Positions 46,927-57,269 of a DNA stretch of 64,000 nt are shown here, one piece after another. The notes under the pieces were generated by a model. That model saw nothing but the letters and a program-made list of their open reading frames with translations, had not been told where the DNA came from and searched no databases. The stretch comes from a virus (lineage: Duplodnaviria > Caudoviricetes). Location: the IMG/VR virus record IMGVR_UViG_3300042358_000005, positions 54,935 to 118,934 of that record. One strand, written 5' to 3'. The position numbers were made by a program, and so were the translations under genes. The stretch's first letter is position 1. Every line of letters begins with the position of its first letter.

Positions 46927-47927
46927 ATTAATTCTCTTTGTGTTAAATATTTCTCTATTGTCTTTAATCCATGTATGCGTGCTAAATCAGCCCAATCTTT
47001 AATTCCTTCTCCTAGATAGATTCTGGGAACATTACAATACTCAAATCCAAACTTATCAGTTATTATTTGAGAATTCTTTACACCAGTCTCATCACTATCG
47101 AAACTTAAGATTTGTCTTTCAGAATTTTCTTTCAGATATTCAACATTCTCCTCAGAGAAGCATCCACTTCCTTCATTCTGCACTGCACAGCAACACGGAA
47201 ATACTTTTTTCATCACCATGTAATCCTTCTTACTCTTATTGATGAATGCTACATCACAATCTTTGATGTCATCTAATCCATCCATCATGGTAATAGGTAC
47301 ATTATTAGGCATCCACTTATTCTTTTTATCTGCAAATGGTCTATATATCTTCCAATGTCCTTCATATAGATAACCAAATCTCAACTCTGTATCCTTTAAA
47401 GGAAACTTTTGTTTGTTGAGAAATACAGTGTCTATAGAATATACATTATTAGCTCTAAGATCATCTATGTCTTGATAATACCCATTCCAATATGCTAACT
47501 CTTCGTGTGTAAATTTTCTTGTCTTCACTTGAATGAAGAACTCACGTTTAGATGTAGATGTTGGTTGAGCATAATTAGCAACAATCCTCTCATAATTCTT
47601 TGTAGAGGATACAGATACAATCCCTAGATCAAAATCTCTATCAATCATTAACAATGCTTCACGCAATGATGGTAGGTTGAACATAGCTATAACAAAATCA
47701 AAGCAGCCACCTCTTCTGGTGGAATCTGCAAAATCATGATATCTCAATATTCCTCCTTGATATCCTATAATGAATGATGGATTCTTTTCATTTCTAAAGG
47801 GCGAATAAGTAACAACATTTATTTTCCAATTCTGATGTGGCATATACATCTTATAGACATCATAATCAGATATCTTATCCAGTATACTATCAGGTGTTAA
47901 GTGTATTCTTTTTTTCCCTTGTATCAT
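46923..47927 (-). CDS. DNA primase (Zn-finger-like N-terminus + TOPRIM)
   Basis: SPFRNEKNPSF...DF....GGCFDFV, SKKD, FDSDETG, KDWAD; start reassigned to MIQGK. Confidence 0.85.
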   Translation of the reverse strand: MIQGKKRIHLTPDSILDKISDYDVYKMYMPHQNWKINVVTYSPFRNEKNPSFIIGYQGGILRYHDFADSTRRGGCFDFVIAMFNLPSLREALLMIDRDFDLGIVSVSSTKNYERIVANYAQPTSTSKREFFIQVKTRKFTHEELAYWNGYYQDIDDLRANNVYSIDTVFLNKQKFPLKDTELRFGYLYEGHWKIYRPFADKKNKWMPNNVPITMMDGLDDIKDCDVAFINKSKKDYMVMKKVFPCCCAVQNEGSGCFSEENVEYLKENSERQILSFDSDETGVKNSQIITDKFGFEYCNVPRIYLGEGIKDWADLARIHGLKTIEKYLTQRELI

Positions 47928-47988
47928 AGCTCTAAAATAAAAAACCCTCACCATTTCTGATGAGGGCTCTTATCAACAATTAATTGAA

Positions 47989-48861
47989 TTAATAATCGTC
48001 CCCATCATCAGAAATAAATGCATCAGAGGCAACTAGGTTGTCATCAGCATTATAATCCTGCAGGTCCTTTAAGATGTAATAGTCTTTACAACCATATTCA
48101 CCTATAACATTTACAACAAATTTCTCATGTGCTTTCAAGTCACGAGGTTTCTTATTCTTAAGAGATTCTTGTATTCTTCTGTCTCCATAATCAACAAGTC
48201 TAAATTGTTTCAATGCATATCCACCTAAGAAAGCCTTATTGTAAATACCTTGATATTCTTTAGATTCTCCATCTCTTTCTTTAACAATCACTGTTGCTAA
48301 AGCAAGGATAGATTTACACCATTCTCCATCAATTTGGTCTTTAAGATCTTTTACATTACCTCTCATCAACTTCTTCCATTCTAATTGTAGAACAGTTTCA
48401 GCATCACGATAATCTAATTCAGATAACCAAGTTCTCATGAAGTTATAAAGATCTTCTTCACCTGTATATGCCACTCTGAAATCTCTTCCTTTTGTGAACC
48501 ATTCAGCTAAGTCATTCTCATCTGCAGCCCAAGAACACATACCAATAGAATTGATATATTGTTTCTTAGTTTGGTCTTTATTCTCACGTTCTTTATCCTC
48601 TAAGAAGAATGAAGTTTTAAACTTATCTTCAGAGTTAACTTTTTGCAACCAGATATCAACACGAACATAACTGTTCCCATCTTTAGTCTCACCTAAATAC
48701 TCAGCAGCTTTGCTGTCTTCTTTAAGCTCCATTCCAAGTTTGTCTTTAAACTCTTCTAATGTTGGATTGATTGCAATCACGTTTGCTTCAAACAAACCTA
48801 CTTTTTTACTGAAATCTCCACCACCTGTGTTTTCTCTTTTCTTTCCTCCGATACTACTCAT
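47989..48861 (-). CDS. Putative single-stranded DNA-binding protein
   Basis: VIAINPT.EE motif, acidic C-terminal tail DDGDDY, between ATPase and primase as in crAss-like genomes. Confidence 0.6.
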   Translation of the reverse strand: MSSIGGKKRENTGGGDFSKKVGLFEANVIAINPTLEEFKDKLGMELKEDSKAAEYLGETKDGNSYVRVDIWLQKVNSEDKFKTSFFLEDKERENKDQTKKQYINSIGMCSWAADENDLAEWFTKGRDFRVAYTGEEDLYNFMRTWLSELDYRDAETVLQLEWKKLMRGNVKDLKDQIDGEWCKSILALATVIVKERDGESKEYQGIYNKAFLGGYALKQFRLVDYGDRRIQESLKNKKPRDLKAHEKFVVNVIGEYGCKDYYILKDLQDYNADDNLVASDAFISDDGDDY

Positions 48862-48879
48862 AATTTTAATTTAATTTAG

Positions 48880-49554
48880 TTAAGCGTTATAATAATTTGT
48901 TAAACTGTTTGCTACCAATTGAAGATCATTTGGTATTTTAATCTCTGGGAACATTCCATCAGGACTTTTAGCTGGATACTTTCTGTAACGATTGGTTACA
49001 AATTGATAATTAGCTGTTCCATCTTTGTTCTCTTCTACAAGTGTGTATAAACACACAGTTAATAATCCTTCAAGCAAGACTTGATTGTCAATTAACTTAC
49101 CTGCAGTTTTGATCTTATATCCTATAACATCTGATCCATCCATTATTTCTTCTGGGTGAGTTAGATAGAATACAGTGACATCATCTCTCAATTGTCTAGC
49201 AGTTCTGAATAAATCCACCATGTCTTTAGCCATAATGCTAAATTTGGTAAATCCTACCTCTGTAGCTTTTGCCACCATATTGAATCCCATAATGTAATTA
49301 GAGTCTTCAATGATGATGTTCTTAATGTGAGGAGCTTTCTCTGAAATAGTTCTTAGCAATCGAGATATCTCATTTGCATCTTCTACTTCTTTGTAATTTT
49401 TGTTTTCAACATTGTAAATCTTTTCACTTCCCTTGAAAGGAAGCTCTTTCTTTGCAACATTGATAATGTACGTTTCTTCTGGATTCAGGTGCTTAATTGC
49501 TGTACTCTTTCCAGTACCAGTTGCACCAACAATCCCAACTAATTTGCTTGCCAT
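48880..49554 (-). CDS. AAA_24 / Sak4-like ATPase
   Basis: GATGTGKST, IIIED, KTAGKLID, AKSP.GMF. Confidence 0.85.
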   Translation of the reverse strand: MASKLVGIVGATGTGKSTAIKHLNPEETYIINVAKKELPFKGSEKIYNVENKNYKEVEDANEISRLLRTISEKAPHIKNIIIEDSNYIMGFNMVAKATEVGFTKFSIMAKDMVDLFRTARQLRDDVTVFYLTHPEEIMDGSDVIGYKIKTAGKLIDNQVLLEGLLTVCLYTLVEENKDGTANYQFVTNRYRKYPAKSPDGMFPEIKIPNDLQLVANSLTNYYNA

Positions 49555-49628
49555 TGTTTTTTTGATTTAATTATTAATATTTAGTTTTATTGTATAAAGA
49601 TACAACATATTCTCAACAAAGTCAAGCA

Positions 49629-50705
49629 TTATATGTATTTTATTTTGTTTTTATCGAAGAATTCTAATGCTTTCGATAACCATTTAAGCTCTACAAGTTC
49701 ATTGCTACTGATAATATATATATGAGCCTTTTTATCTGGTGTAGCATACTCCATAGCCATACATCTATTTATCTTTTGAGCTAAGTTTTCAGCATTACTA
49801 TCAAAATAGTTAATGATCACCTTGTCAAGAGGTTTGTATGTAACACCTGTATTACCAATCTTTACAACAGCTAGATGATTACCTGCTCCTTCAGCAAAGT
49901 CTTCAAAGATTTGTTTCTCTTTAGACTTATTGTGATAGGAAGGAATTCCTAGATTATCTGCTACAGCAGTGGTACCACAGAATACTAACACTCTCTCATC
50001 TTTATGTGCAGCCAAAAGTTGCTTTGTAGCATTAGTTTTGGCTAAGGATGATTGAATAAGTCTCATTCTAGCAAGACGCATAAACATTGTATCTGATCCA
50101 CTGTTCTGAAGCTTATTAATTACCCATGATAGTGCATCATATTGCTTCTTTTCAGTCTTTTGTTTAGTCTTATACTGATTATATACAACATTGTCTAAGG
50201 GCACTCTGATAACATGTATCTCATAATCTACAATAACTCCCTCTTCAATTGCTTTTTCAATTGGGTATGTAGCTATTACATGTAGATCAAGTTCTTCCTC
50301 TATAGTTCGTTCTGTCCAACTGGATAATGTACCAGTAAGACCAAGAATCTGCCCATTAACATCAAACAGGTCCTTACACACTTCTATCTGAGCAGCACTC
50401 AGTAGATGTATCTCATCAATGATAACAACATCAAAGCTTAATTCAGAATACTTCTTTAGTGATAGATGGGTGGTATATGTGACAATGCTGTCATCAAACC
50501 CAAGATCAGCAAAATCAGCTTGCCAAGAATCTTTAATCTTATTATCTGGATAGGCAATCAATATGCTCTCAGGTTTTAGTTTCTCTAGAGCTATAATACT
50601 AGTTCTAATCTTTCCAAACCTTGGACACAAATTCAATATACCAAACTTCCCATGCTTCAGCCATACATCAGCAAACTCTTTCTGCCTTTTGTCTCTTATT
50701 GTCAT
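49629..50705 (-). CDS. SF2 helicase
   Basis: PRFGK, IIDEIH, GLTGT, QKINR. Confidence 0.85.
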   Translation of the reverse strand: MTIRDKRQKEFADVWLKHGKFGILNLCPRFGKIRTSIIALEKLKPESILIAYPDNKIKDSWQADFADLGFDDSIVTYTTHLSLKKYSELSFDVVIIDEIHLLSAAQIEVCKDLFDVNGQILGLTGTLSSWTERTIEEELDLHVIATYPIEKAIEEGVIVDYEIHVIRVPLDNVVYNQYKTKQKTEKKQYDALSWVINKLQNSGSDTMFMRLARMRLIQSSLAKTNATKQLLAAHKDERVLVFCGTTAVADNLGIPSYHNKSKEKQIFEDFAEGAGNHLAVVKIGNTGVTYKPLDKVIINYFDSNAENLAQKINRCMAMEYATPDKKAHIYIISSNELVELKWLSKALEFFDKNKIKYI

Positions 50706-51769
50706 TCTCTTAGGAAATATGATTTGTTAGTAATTGATTCATAGTCTGAATCTGTGATATCTTTCTTTCTAGGCAGCTCCTTAAATAAACCTAGTTCACC
50801 TAGGAATGCTAGTCCAATTCTCACATCATCTTCACCATATGAATTCTTGATTAGTCTCAAGCTTCTGAAATATTTAGCACCAAATTGATCTTTTAATTTA
50901 TCTAGGTCATATCCACTTGGATCTGCCACTTTATATCTCATAGGATCAAATAAGGCCATAACTACATCAGCATCATTCTGTGTGCTTGAGCTATCTGCAA
51001 AATCTTCTAGCTGAGGTTCTACATCACCATTCTTTAATCTTGATGGATTAGAAATAGATCTATTGAACTGACTGACCACCACTGGTGAATAACCATAGAA
51101 ATCTCTGGCATATCTCAATTCATCACTCATCTTATCAATAGCATCTTTCTTAGTTGGTTGAGCTGTTGTTGTTTTAAGAAGACCAATGTGATCTACTACC
51201 ACCATGGTGATTTGTGTTGGATCATTAGGAACATATATTTTATTCCATTTGTCCAACTGTTCTATTCTACCATTAGCTTCAGCATAAGTCTTTAGCTCTT
51301 TAGCTATACCTACAGGATTCTCTGGACCATCAATGATTGTAACTATTTCACTTAGCTGATCTACATAGTCTTTATAATATAAAAACAAATCATGCTCATC
51401 TTTAGTCATTTTCTCATTCCAACCCAGAATTTTACCTACAGGAATAATGATTCCCTGGTCTAGAAATATCTTACGAGATACCCACTTGGCCATCTTGTAA
51501 GTTCTACTTCTCTCCATGGACCTATACCACACCTTCACCTTGATACCTGAAGCTATTCCTTCTTTGGACATAGCCCAATCAACAGGATTAAGCACAAATG
51601 CATCATCAATGAAAGATGTCTTACCAGAACCAGTGTTACCACCTATCAAATAATACATCCCCTTACGAATACCTACATATCTAGTCAACCTATCAAAGCC
51701 CATTGGTATCCCTCTATTGAAGTCACCTAGGCCCTTGTTAACTTCTGCATTTAATAATTCAAAACTCAT
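50702..51769 (-). CDS. dnaB: DnaB-like replicative helicase
   Basis: GNTGSGKT, SME, VVDHIGL, SQFNR, DADVV, IKNSYG. Confidence 0.9.
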   Translation of the reverse strand: MSFELLNAEVNKGLGDFNRGIPMGFDRLTRYVGIRKGMYYLIGGNTGSGKTSFIDDAFVLNPVDWAMSKEGIASGIKVKVWYRSMERSRTYKMAKWVSRKIFLDQGIIIPVGKILGWNEKMTKDEHDLFLYYKDYVDQLSEIVTIIDGPENPVGIAKELKTYAEANGRIEQLDKWNKIYVPNDPTQITMVVVDHIGLLKTTTAQPTKKDAIDKMSDELRYARDFYGYSPVVVSQFNRSISNPSRLKNGDVEPQLEDFADSSSTQNDADVVMALFDPMRYKVADPSGYDLDKLKDQFGAKYFRSLRLIKNSYGEDDVRIGLAFLGELGLFKELPRKKDITDSDYESITNKSYFLRE

Positions 51770-51932
51770 GATCTGTATTTTTAGTTGGGTAACGATGTAT
51801 TTTTGATCTAGGACTATCCTTGATAGCTTCTTTTAAAGAATCATATTCCTTGAATCCTCCTTTTGGCTCATAACCACATTCATCCTCATAGAGATAGATA
51901 TCTGGTACGTCATTAAATATAATAACTCTCAT
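51759..51932 (-). CDS. Small hypothetical protein (57 aa); absent from ORF track
   Basis: MRVIIFNDVPDIYLYEDECG... fills the gap and overlaps both neighbours. Confidence 0.5.
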   Translation of the reverse strand: MRVIIFNDVPDIYLYEDECGYEPKGGFKEYDSLKEAIKDSPRSKIHRYPTKNTDHEF

Positions 51933-52558
51933 ATATCTGTACCTCCTTGTGGTTTATCTGGAGCAATGTCCACTTTAGTTCCTTCATTGATTAATTCAAT
52001 ATAAGCATCAAATCCTCTTTGATGTAAATAAGGTTCACTGCCCTGCATGTATGTAAGTGCATTTCTATTACCAGCTATAGAGCTTTCTTTCTTTTGTAAG
52101 ATTTCGAAATTGAGAGCAGCTAACAATTGTGCAGCTGTATATTCTCCTTCAAGGATGATTTTGTCAAACTTAAGTCTACACTCATCTTTATTCTTACGTA
52201 AAGCTCTAGTACCTTTGAAAGATTTTCCCTTATACTCAAAGGAATCAGTTCCTGGGTATGTCTTCCACCATTCTTCAAAGTCTGTAGTGGCAGGCTTTCT
52301 CTTTATAATTCTAGCACCAGTCTTACTGTCTATAAATGTCAAAAGATCTTTACCTATTGTTGTGAGCTTGTCATCATTCTCTGTTATCAGCCCTTTTCTT
52401 ATTAAAGACTGATAGACAGAAGCAATCTTCATACTGTCCTTATACAAGGGAGATATGTCATATTGTTCGTCTATCAGCTTTAGTAGATATATTATATCAA
52501 GATTGTAACTTCGTTTGATGAGCTCCTCGAACTGTTGAGGATTTATATTTAGCTTCAT
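51929..52558 (-). CDS. Putative replication initiator/helicase-loader-associated protein
   Basis: wHTH-like N-terminus and FEEWWKTYP motif; upstream of dnaB. Confidence 0.5.
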   Translation of the reverse strand: MKLNINPQQFEELIKRSYNLDIIYLLKLIDEQYDISPLYKDSMKIASVYQSLIRKGLITENDDKLTTIGKDLLTFIDSKTGARIIKRKPATTDFEEWWKTYPGTDSFEYKGKSFKGTRALRKNKDECRLKFDKIILEGEYTAAQLLAALNFEILQKKESSIAGNRNALTYMQGSEPYLHQRGFDAYIELINEGTKVDIAPDKPQGGTDI

Positions 52559-52715
52559 CTGTTATTATTGGTTTTACGATTTTAATTATTGCAGGCTTTC
52601 TATTTTTAGAACTCTGCTCTTCTTCCCATTTTTGCCATGAAGCTTCAATATCTTTTTCTCTCTCCATGGCATAAATGTGATCGTTAGGATACTCATAATC
52701 CTCAGACCAATTCAT
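52497..52715 (-). CDS. Hypothetical protein
   Basis: 72-aa ORF. Confidence 0.5.
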   Translation of the reverse strand: MNWSEDYEYPNDHIYAMEREKDIEASWQKWEEEQSSKNRKPAIIKIVKPIITDEAKYKSSTVRGAHQTKLQS

Positions 52716-52978
52716 TACTCAGTAACTTTTCTTGGTCTTCCAACAGGTCTTTTTTCAGTTGGTGCATTTTCTGAGACAACTGGTTTCTTTTTCTTGTTAT
52801 AATACTTTTTCTTTTTTCTTTTAGGTTTCTCTGTATCAGCAACAACAAATGTTATCTTTCTGGGTTGAAAAGTAGAAGGTTGTTCTTCTTTAATTTCTTG
52901 TGCATTTCTAGTTGCATAAATAATCACTGCTATTGATATAATAGCTACTACTGGTAAAATAATAAATAATTCGTTCAT
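52715..52978 (-). CDS. Membrane-anchored basic protein with AT-hook-like motif
   Basis: N-terminal TM segment; C-terminal KRPVGRPRK. Confidence 0.55.
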   Translation of the reverse strand: MNELFIILPVVAIISIAVIIYATRNAQEIKEEQPSTFQPRKITFVVADTEKPKRKKKKYYNKKKKPVVSENAPTEKRPVGRPRKVTE

Positions 52979-52997
52979 AATTGTTAAGTTTTAATTG

Positions 52998-53690
52998 TTA
53001 ATTAATTAAGTATTGGTGACCTTCTTCATTGACAAGAAGAAGTTTATCACCTTTGTTTACATTTCCTATATACTCAACTCCTTCTATTGTTTGTGTAAAA
53101 GCAAACAGTGGTTGTAAATTGGTATAATGAAAACATTTCTTTTGTTCCTCATTATCAAGTAGATTAAAAGAAGAGCAAGGAATAGCATGATCTATGTGCC
53201 AATATTCTCCATAGTTATCCCAATTCATTGTAGGAAGAAACTTAGATTCCAAATAACTTTTTAGCTCTATGATAGAACAACCTAATAAATCTAAAGTTTT
53301 TTTACTTTTGATTGTTCCTTTAGAAGTAACAGCTATGTATAATCTATTTCTAAGTCTTTTTTTAATTTTAAAGTGTATATCATTATTAATTCTAATTTTT
53401 TCTTTTTCACTTAGAATCTTTCTATTTTTTGTATGATACTCTTTAGACTTAGCGTACTGTTTTTCTTTATTATCATCTTTTTCAATCCATTTTTTACCAT
53501 ACGATTTAGCTTTTTCTGGATTATTTTTATACCAGTTTTTATTTCTTTCGTTAAGTATTTCTTTATTAGCTTGATAATGATTTTTAGAAAATTCTTTTAA
53601 ATATGCTTTCCTACATTCTTTACATTTACTACGTGATCTAAACTCCGTAGATGGTTTTGTTAAACCACAAATATTACAAGTACAATCCAT
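52998..53690 (-). CDS. HNH/EndoVII-type homing-like endonuclease
   Basis: CNIC...CKEC N-terminus and MNWDNYGEYWHIDH..PC.SF...CFHYTNLQPL. Confidence 0.8.
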   Translation of the reverse strand: MDCTCNICGLTKPSTEFRSRSKCKECRKAYLKEFSKNHYQANKEILNERNKNWYKNNPEKAKSYGKKWIEKDDNKEKQYAKSKEYHTKNRKILSEKEKIRINNDIHFKIKKRLRNRLYIAVTSKGTIKSKKTLDLLGCSIIELKSYLESKFLPTMNWDNYGEYWHIDHAIPCSSFNLLDNEEQKKCFHYTNLQPLFAFTQTIEGVEYIGNVNKGDKLLLVNEEGHQYLIN

Positions 53691-53752
53691 TATATTATAT
53701 TTTGTTTATTAAAAAACAAAGATACAATAAAATAATCAAACCAACTAATTAT

Positions 53753-54010
53753 TTATGTTTTAATTCTTAAACCGAACTGAAGGTCAAACCATCCAAATGT
53801 TTGTTCAGCTCTTGATTTGTTAAATTTAAAGATTTTTTTTAATAGAGGAATAGCATATGCTTTGAATTCCTCATGTTGTTCTGGTGTCATGGTATTGGTA
53901 TGATACCACATTGGATCACCACTCACGTCTAGTACTGTCTTACCAATCATGTTTAGCTGATATTCAACTAGATGATTAGAGATGTTCGTACGATTGATTT
54001 TAGCTTTCAT
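53753..54010 (-). CDS. Hypothetical protein
   Basis: 85-aa ORF coupled to polB. Confidence 0.6.
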   Translation of the reverse strand: MKAKINRTNISNHLVEYQLNMIGKTVLDVSGDPMWYHTNTMTPEQHEEFKAYAIPLLKKIFKFNKSRAEQTFGWFDLQFGLRIKT

Positions 54011-55968
54011 TAGAAAAGATTTAATTGATTAGGGATGTACACTGTTTTGATTCTTCTACCTTCAGTAGCTATTTTTGTTACTAACCTATTGGCTTTCTCA
54101 ATGTAATACTCATAGTTTACATTATCAACTTTACTACCTTTTGGTAAGAAATTACAAACTTTACACACCCATTCACCTGCTTCTATCTGACTTACTGCAG
54201 CAGCTCTGGTTTGACACTCTGGATTCTTAATCTTAAAGATCTTGTCTCCAGTATTAGACACATAATAGCGTATGAGTTTATCATACACTGTTTTTTCACC
54301 TGTGGATCTATTGGTTCCTTCATAATGAAAGCTCCTACTTGCTTTCTGTCTTATACAGAAATCATACAAATTAGTATGTGCACGAATAGTTTCCTCTACA
54401 GGTGTACCATCAACAAAATAACGTTCAAGAGCTATAGGGACAACCCTTGCACTCTTGTTCTTATGGAGCTCAAAGTCAGTAAGGAAATCACCTTTCTTCT
54501 TAATCTCTCCATTGGTCATAATTGCTAAATAGTCATTCACTGTACTAAAGATAATCTTTGAATAATCAGTTCTCTCTAACTCATATTGAGTGAGGTTACT
54601 CCATGCTTCATTAAGACTATGCATTAATGGAATTAGGTCTTTCTTAATTCTGATAGTTACACCATCTGTATTAGCAGAGATCACATGTATGCCATTCAAT
54701 TCATATTGTTCAATAAGCATCATTAGACTAAGTTCACCAGTTATTGTGGTGAACATAGTTAACTGCCTATCAAATATCCATGATTGCATATCAGATGACT
54801 TACCATATACAGAGTTAACTGCAAGTTTAAGTGCTCCAACAATTCCTTTAATCTTCTTGTCCTTCTTAGCGAATGGTTTAAGCTCCAATCTCTTCTCAAA
54901 CATCTGTTTGTATCCCCTAAGGAATTCTTTACCTAAATGAGCAGGAAACTGCCCATTATTGATGATGATAGCAGGATAATAAGAACTAACATCCCAATCG
55001 ATTATCTCGTACTCTTCATCAGCCTCAAACACTTTAGGTTTGTTCTCGGTGTGAAGACCACCTTTCATAAAAGAATATATATTTCCATGGAAATCTATAT
55101 GCTCTTTGAAATCATCTTGAAGACCTAGTACGGTCTTCTTCATTTTCTTTAAGAACTCAGTTAGCTGAGGTGTCTCAAACACAACATACTTAGCAATGCA
55201 ATTCTTAAGATCTATATTCTTTCTGAAATATCCTTTTCTAGGAAGTTCTCTATACTCAATTCCTTTCTCTGAGCAATAATACTTCTTGATCATTTCATCC
55301 CCTATCTTACTATCTGAATAGTTCATACATGGAATACCAAACTCAGCTTCAATATCTTGTCTCAGCTCAACTTGGTTGTTTCCTTTGTACAATGGATGAT
55401 CACAATCACCCAGGGTTATCTTATAGAATTCATAAGTTGCATCCACATCATTATAACAATAGTCAATGGTCATTTCAACCTCTTCTTTTGTCATATCAAC
55501 CTTAGTATGGTGTATAGGCATCTCTTCAATGTTCTCAAGATCCATCTCAAACTCTAATCTCTTTAAGCTTACCATACGATTCTTATTGTTGTAGTGCATC
55601 AAAGCAAATAAGTCTATTATTTTAAAACTTAAATCACTTTCTCTATATTTTGGAAAAACTTCATAATTAGCATCATGTATTGTATCTTGAGCAACTTGTG
55701 AAATTCTTGCACATATTTCAAGACCAGATAATTCATGCCATTTATCATAATTCCTAAGAATATGCTCAATCACTTGACTATCGAATCTTAATCCATTATA
55801 TGTTACAAAATAATGATCGTTCTTTTCTTCAAAGTATCCTGCCATACGATCTATTGTGTTTTTCCATCTACTAACTTCAAACTTACGATACTTGTTAGTT
55901 TGAGGATCATAACAAACACATAAAAAGTATTCTGCCATTGTTTCTATATCTGTTACTATAACATTCAT
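54010..55968 (-). CDS. polB: Family B DNA polymerase
   Basis: Exonuclease motifs DIE / YNGLRFD / YCYND; polymerase motifs DVSSYYP, KLAVNSVYGK, NTDG. Confidence 0.95.
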   Translation of the reverse strand: MNVIVTDIETMAEYFLCVCYDPQTNKYRKFEVSRWKNTIDRMAGYFEEKNDHYFVTYNGLRFDSQVIEHILRNYDKWHELSGLEICARISQVAQDTIHDANYEVFPKYRESDLSFKIIDLFALMHYNNKNRMVSLKRLEFEMDLENIEEMPIHHTKVDMTKEEVEMTIDYCYNDVDATYEFYKITLGDCDHPLYKGNNQVELRQDIEAEFGIPCMNYSDSKIGDEMIKKYYCSEKGIEYRELPRKGYFRKNIDLKNCIAKYVVFETPQLTEFLKKMKKTVLGLQDDFKEHIDFHGNIYSFMKGGLHTENKPKVFEADEEYEIIDWDVSSYYPAIIINNGQFPAHLGKEFLRGYKQMFEKRLELKPFAKKDKKIKGIVGALKLAVNSVYGKSSDMQSWIFDRQLTMFTTITGELSLMMLIEQYELNGIHVISANTDGVTIRIKKDLIPLMHSLNEAWSNLTQYELERTDYSKIIFSTVNDYLAIMTNGEIKKKGDFLTDFELHKNKSARVVPIALERYFVDGTPVEETIRAHTNLYDFCIRQKASRSFHYEGTNRSTGEKTVYDKLIRYYVSNTGDKIFKIKNPECQTRAAAVSQIEAGEWVCKVCNFLPKGSKVDNVNYEYYIEKANRLVTKIATEGRRIKTVYIPNQLNLF

Positions 55969-56714
55969 TTTTGTATTTTTAATGTTCTTAAATATGTACT
56001 TCTTCCTATAGAAGTTGTAATTGATGCAATGTTAACGTTTAATATATCTGTCAAAGGTCTAGAATCTATTGTTCCAATTAATCTATTAAAACAATCATAA
56101 ACTTTATATTTACCATTGCTTAGTTTGATTTGATCAAATATATTATTCCAATAAGCTTTTACATCTTCTACTGATTCATCTTCATCAAGAAATATAAACT
56201 TACTAGATTCTGAATCAATTAAGTTCTTTTTAAAAAACTTCACGTTCATCTTTCTATGAATGTTAGGAGCTACAGTATTGAAATGTTCAGCACACTTATA
56301 TAAATCAGTAAAGCTTTGATAAAACTCTCCATAAATAGTATAAACCATCACTTTTCTTTTAGGTGCAGAATTACTCATTCTTATTTTAGTTTCATTTGAA
56401 ACTGCACGCTTTCCTTCAGGACATGTAGGGTCAATGTTATAGCCATGATTTCTGTTGTGAGTGTCTAATAGATTACACCAATAGTTTTCTTGTGAATAAA
56501 TATGTTCAGGGTTACACTCTTCGAGTGTTTCAAATATAAAGTTATGTTCTCCATGTTTATTAAAAGAACTTTGTAGATGGGTATTATGATGTATACCTGC
56601 TCTAAGTTTCCATTTATGCATACATAATCTATTATATAGATCTATAGTTGCACCAATGTAACTTTTATTTGTAACTAAGTTTTGAATAATGTAAACTCCT
56701 GAACTCTTTCTCAT
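55965..56714 (-). CDS. GIY-YIG homing endonuclease
   Basis: SGVYII.N....YIG...R...H.N..LQ...E...GYN plus a NUMOD-like tail. Confidence 0.88.
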   Translation of the reverse strand: MRKSSGVYIIQNLVTNKSYIGATIDLYNRLCMHKWKLRAGIHHNTHLQSSFNKHGEHNFIFETLEECNPEHIYSQENYWCNLLDTHNRNHGYNIDPTCPEGKRAVSNETKIRMSNSAPKRKVMVYTIYGEFYQSFTDLYKCAEHFNTVAPNIHRKMNVKFFKKNLIDSESSKFIFLDEDESVEDVKAYWNNIFDQIKLSNGKYKVYDCFNRLIGTIDSRPLTDILNVNIASITTSIGRSTYLRTLKIQK

Positions 56715-56786
56715 AATGATATTATCTTAATGATGTAAATGTACACAACATATTTGAAACTACCAAATAAACTTATTAACAATCTT

Positions 56787-57122
56787 TTATATCTTATTTT
56801 TTAAAAAGTTATTTATTTGGTCAAACAACCAACCTGTTAAATATGCCTCAGGTTCATCATTGTATCTATCTACCTCCATTGCGCAGTCTATGTATATAGA
56901 GTTCTTTAAATGCACTATTTCGTGTGCTATATTACTTAGATGAGTTGCGTCTGTAAACCCTATGATATAATGTCTATACTTACTTTCGTCTTTTAATGTA
57001 ACTGCTCCAAAATTAGATAGAGACTTTGTCTTATATTTTTTCTCAACATAAGACAAGTCTTTATCCAATATGATGGTTAACTTACAACAGTATATTGGTA
57101 TATTTATTGTGGTCTTTTCCAT
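56787..57122 (-). CDS. Small zincin-like metallopeptidase
   Basis: AHEIVH...DEPEAY; start set at the junction-repeat ATG (MEKTT). Confidence 0.7.
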   Translation of the reverse strand: MEKTTINIPIYCCKLTIILDKDLSYVEKKYKTKSLSNFGAVTLKDESKYRHYIIGFTDATHLSNIAHEIVHLKNSIYIDCAMEVDRYNDEPEAYLTGWLFDQINNFLKNKI

Positions 57123-57136
57123 AATCTTATTTGTTT

Positions 57137-57265
57137 TTAAATTAAAAATATTAAAAAAATTGTAAACCAAATAATCATTGGTTCTAATAACCCACCAAAC
57201 CAAAACCTATCGTAATATTCATAAAACTCATTTAACTGGTTTTTGATTTTTTTTAATGTTTTCAT
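57137..57265 (-). CDS. 42-aa peptide with C-terminal TM; absent from ORF track
   Basis: MKTLKKIKNQLNEFYEYYDRFWFGGLLEPMIIWFTIFLIFLI; starts and stops within junction repeats. Confidence 0.65.
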   Translation of the reverse strand: MKTLKKIKNQLNEFYEYYDRFWFGGLLEPMIIWFTIFLIFLI

Positions 57266-57269
57266 AATC

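Noticed and set aside
54010-56714. Group I intron or intein in polB
   Set aside because: polB is a continuous 652-aa ORF with all motifs; the endonucleases lie outside it.
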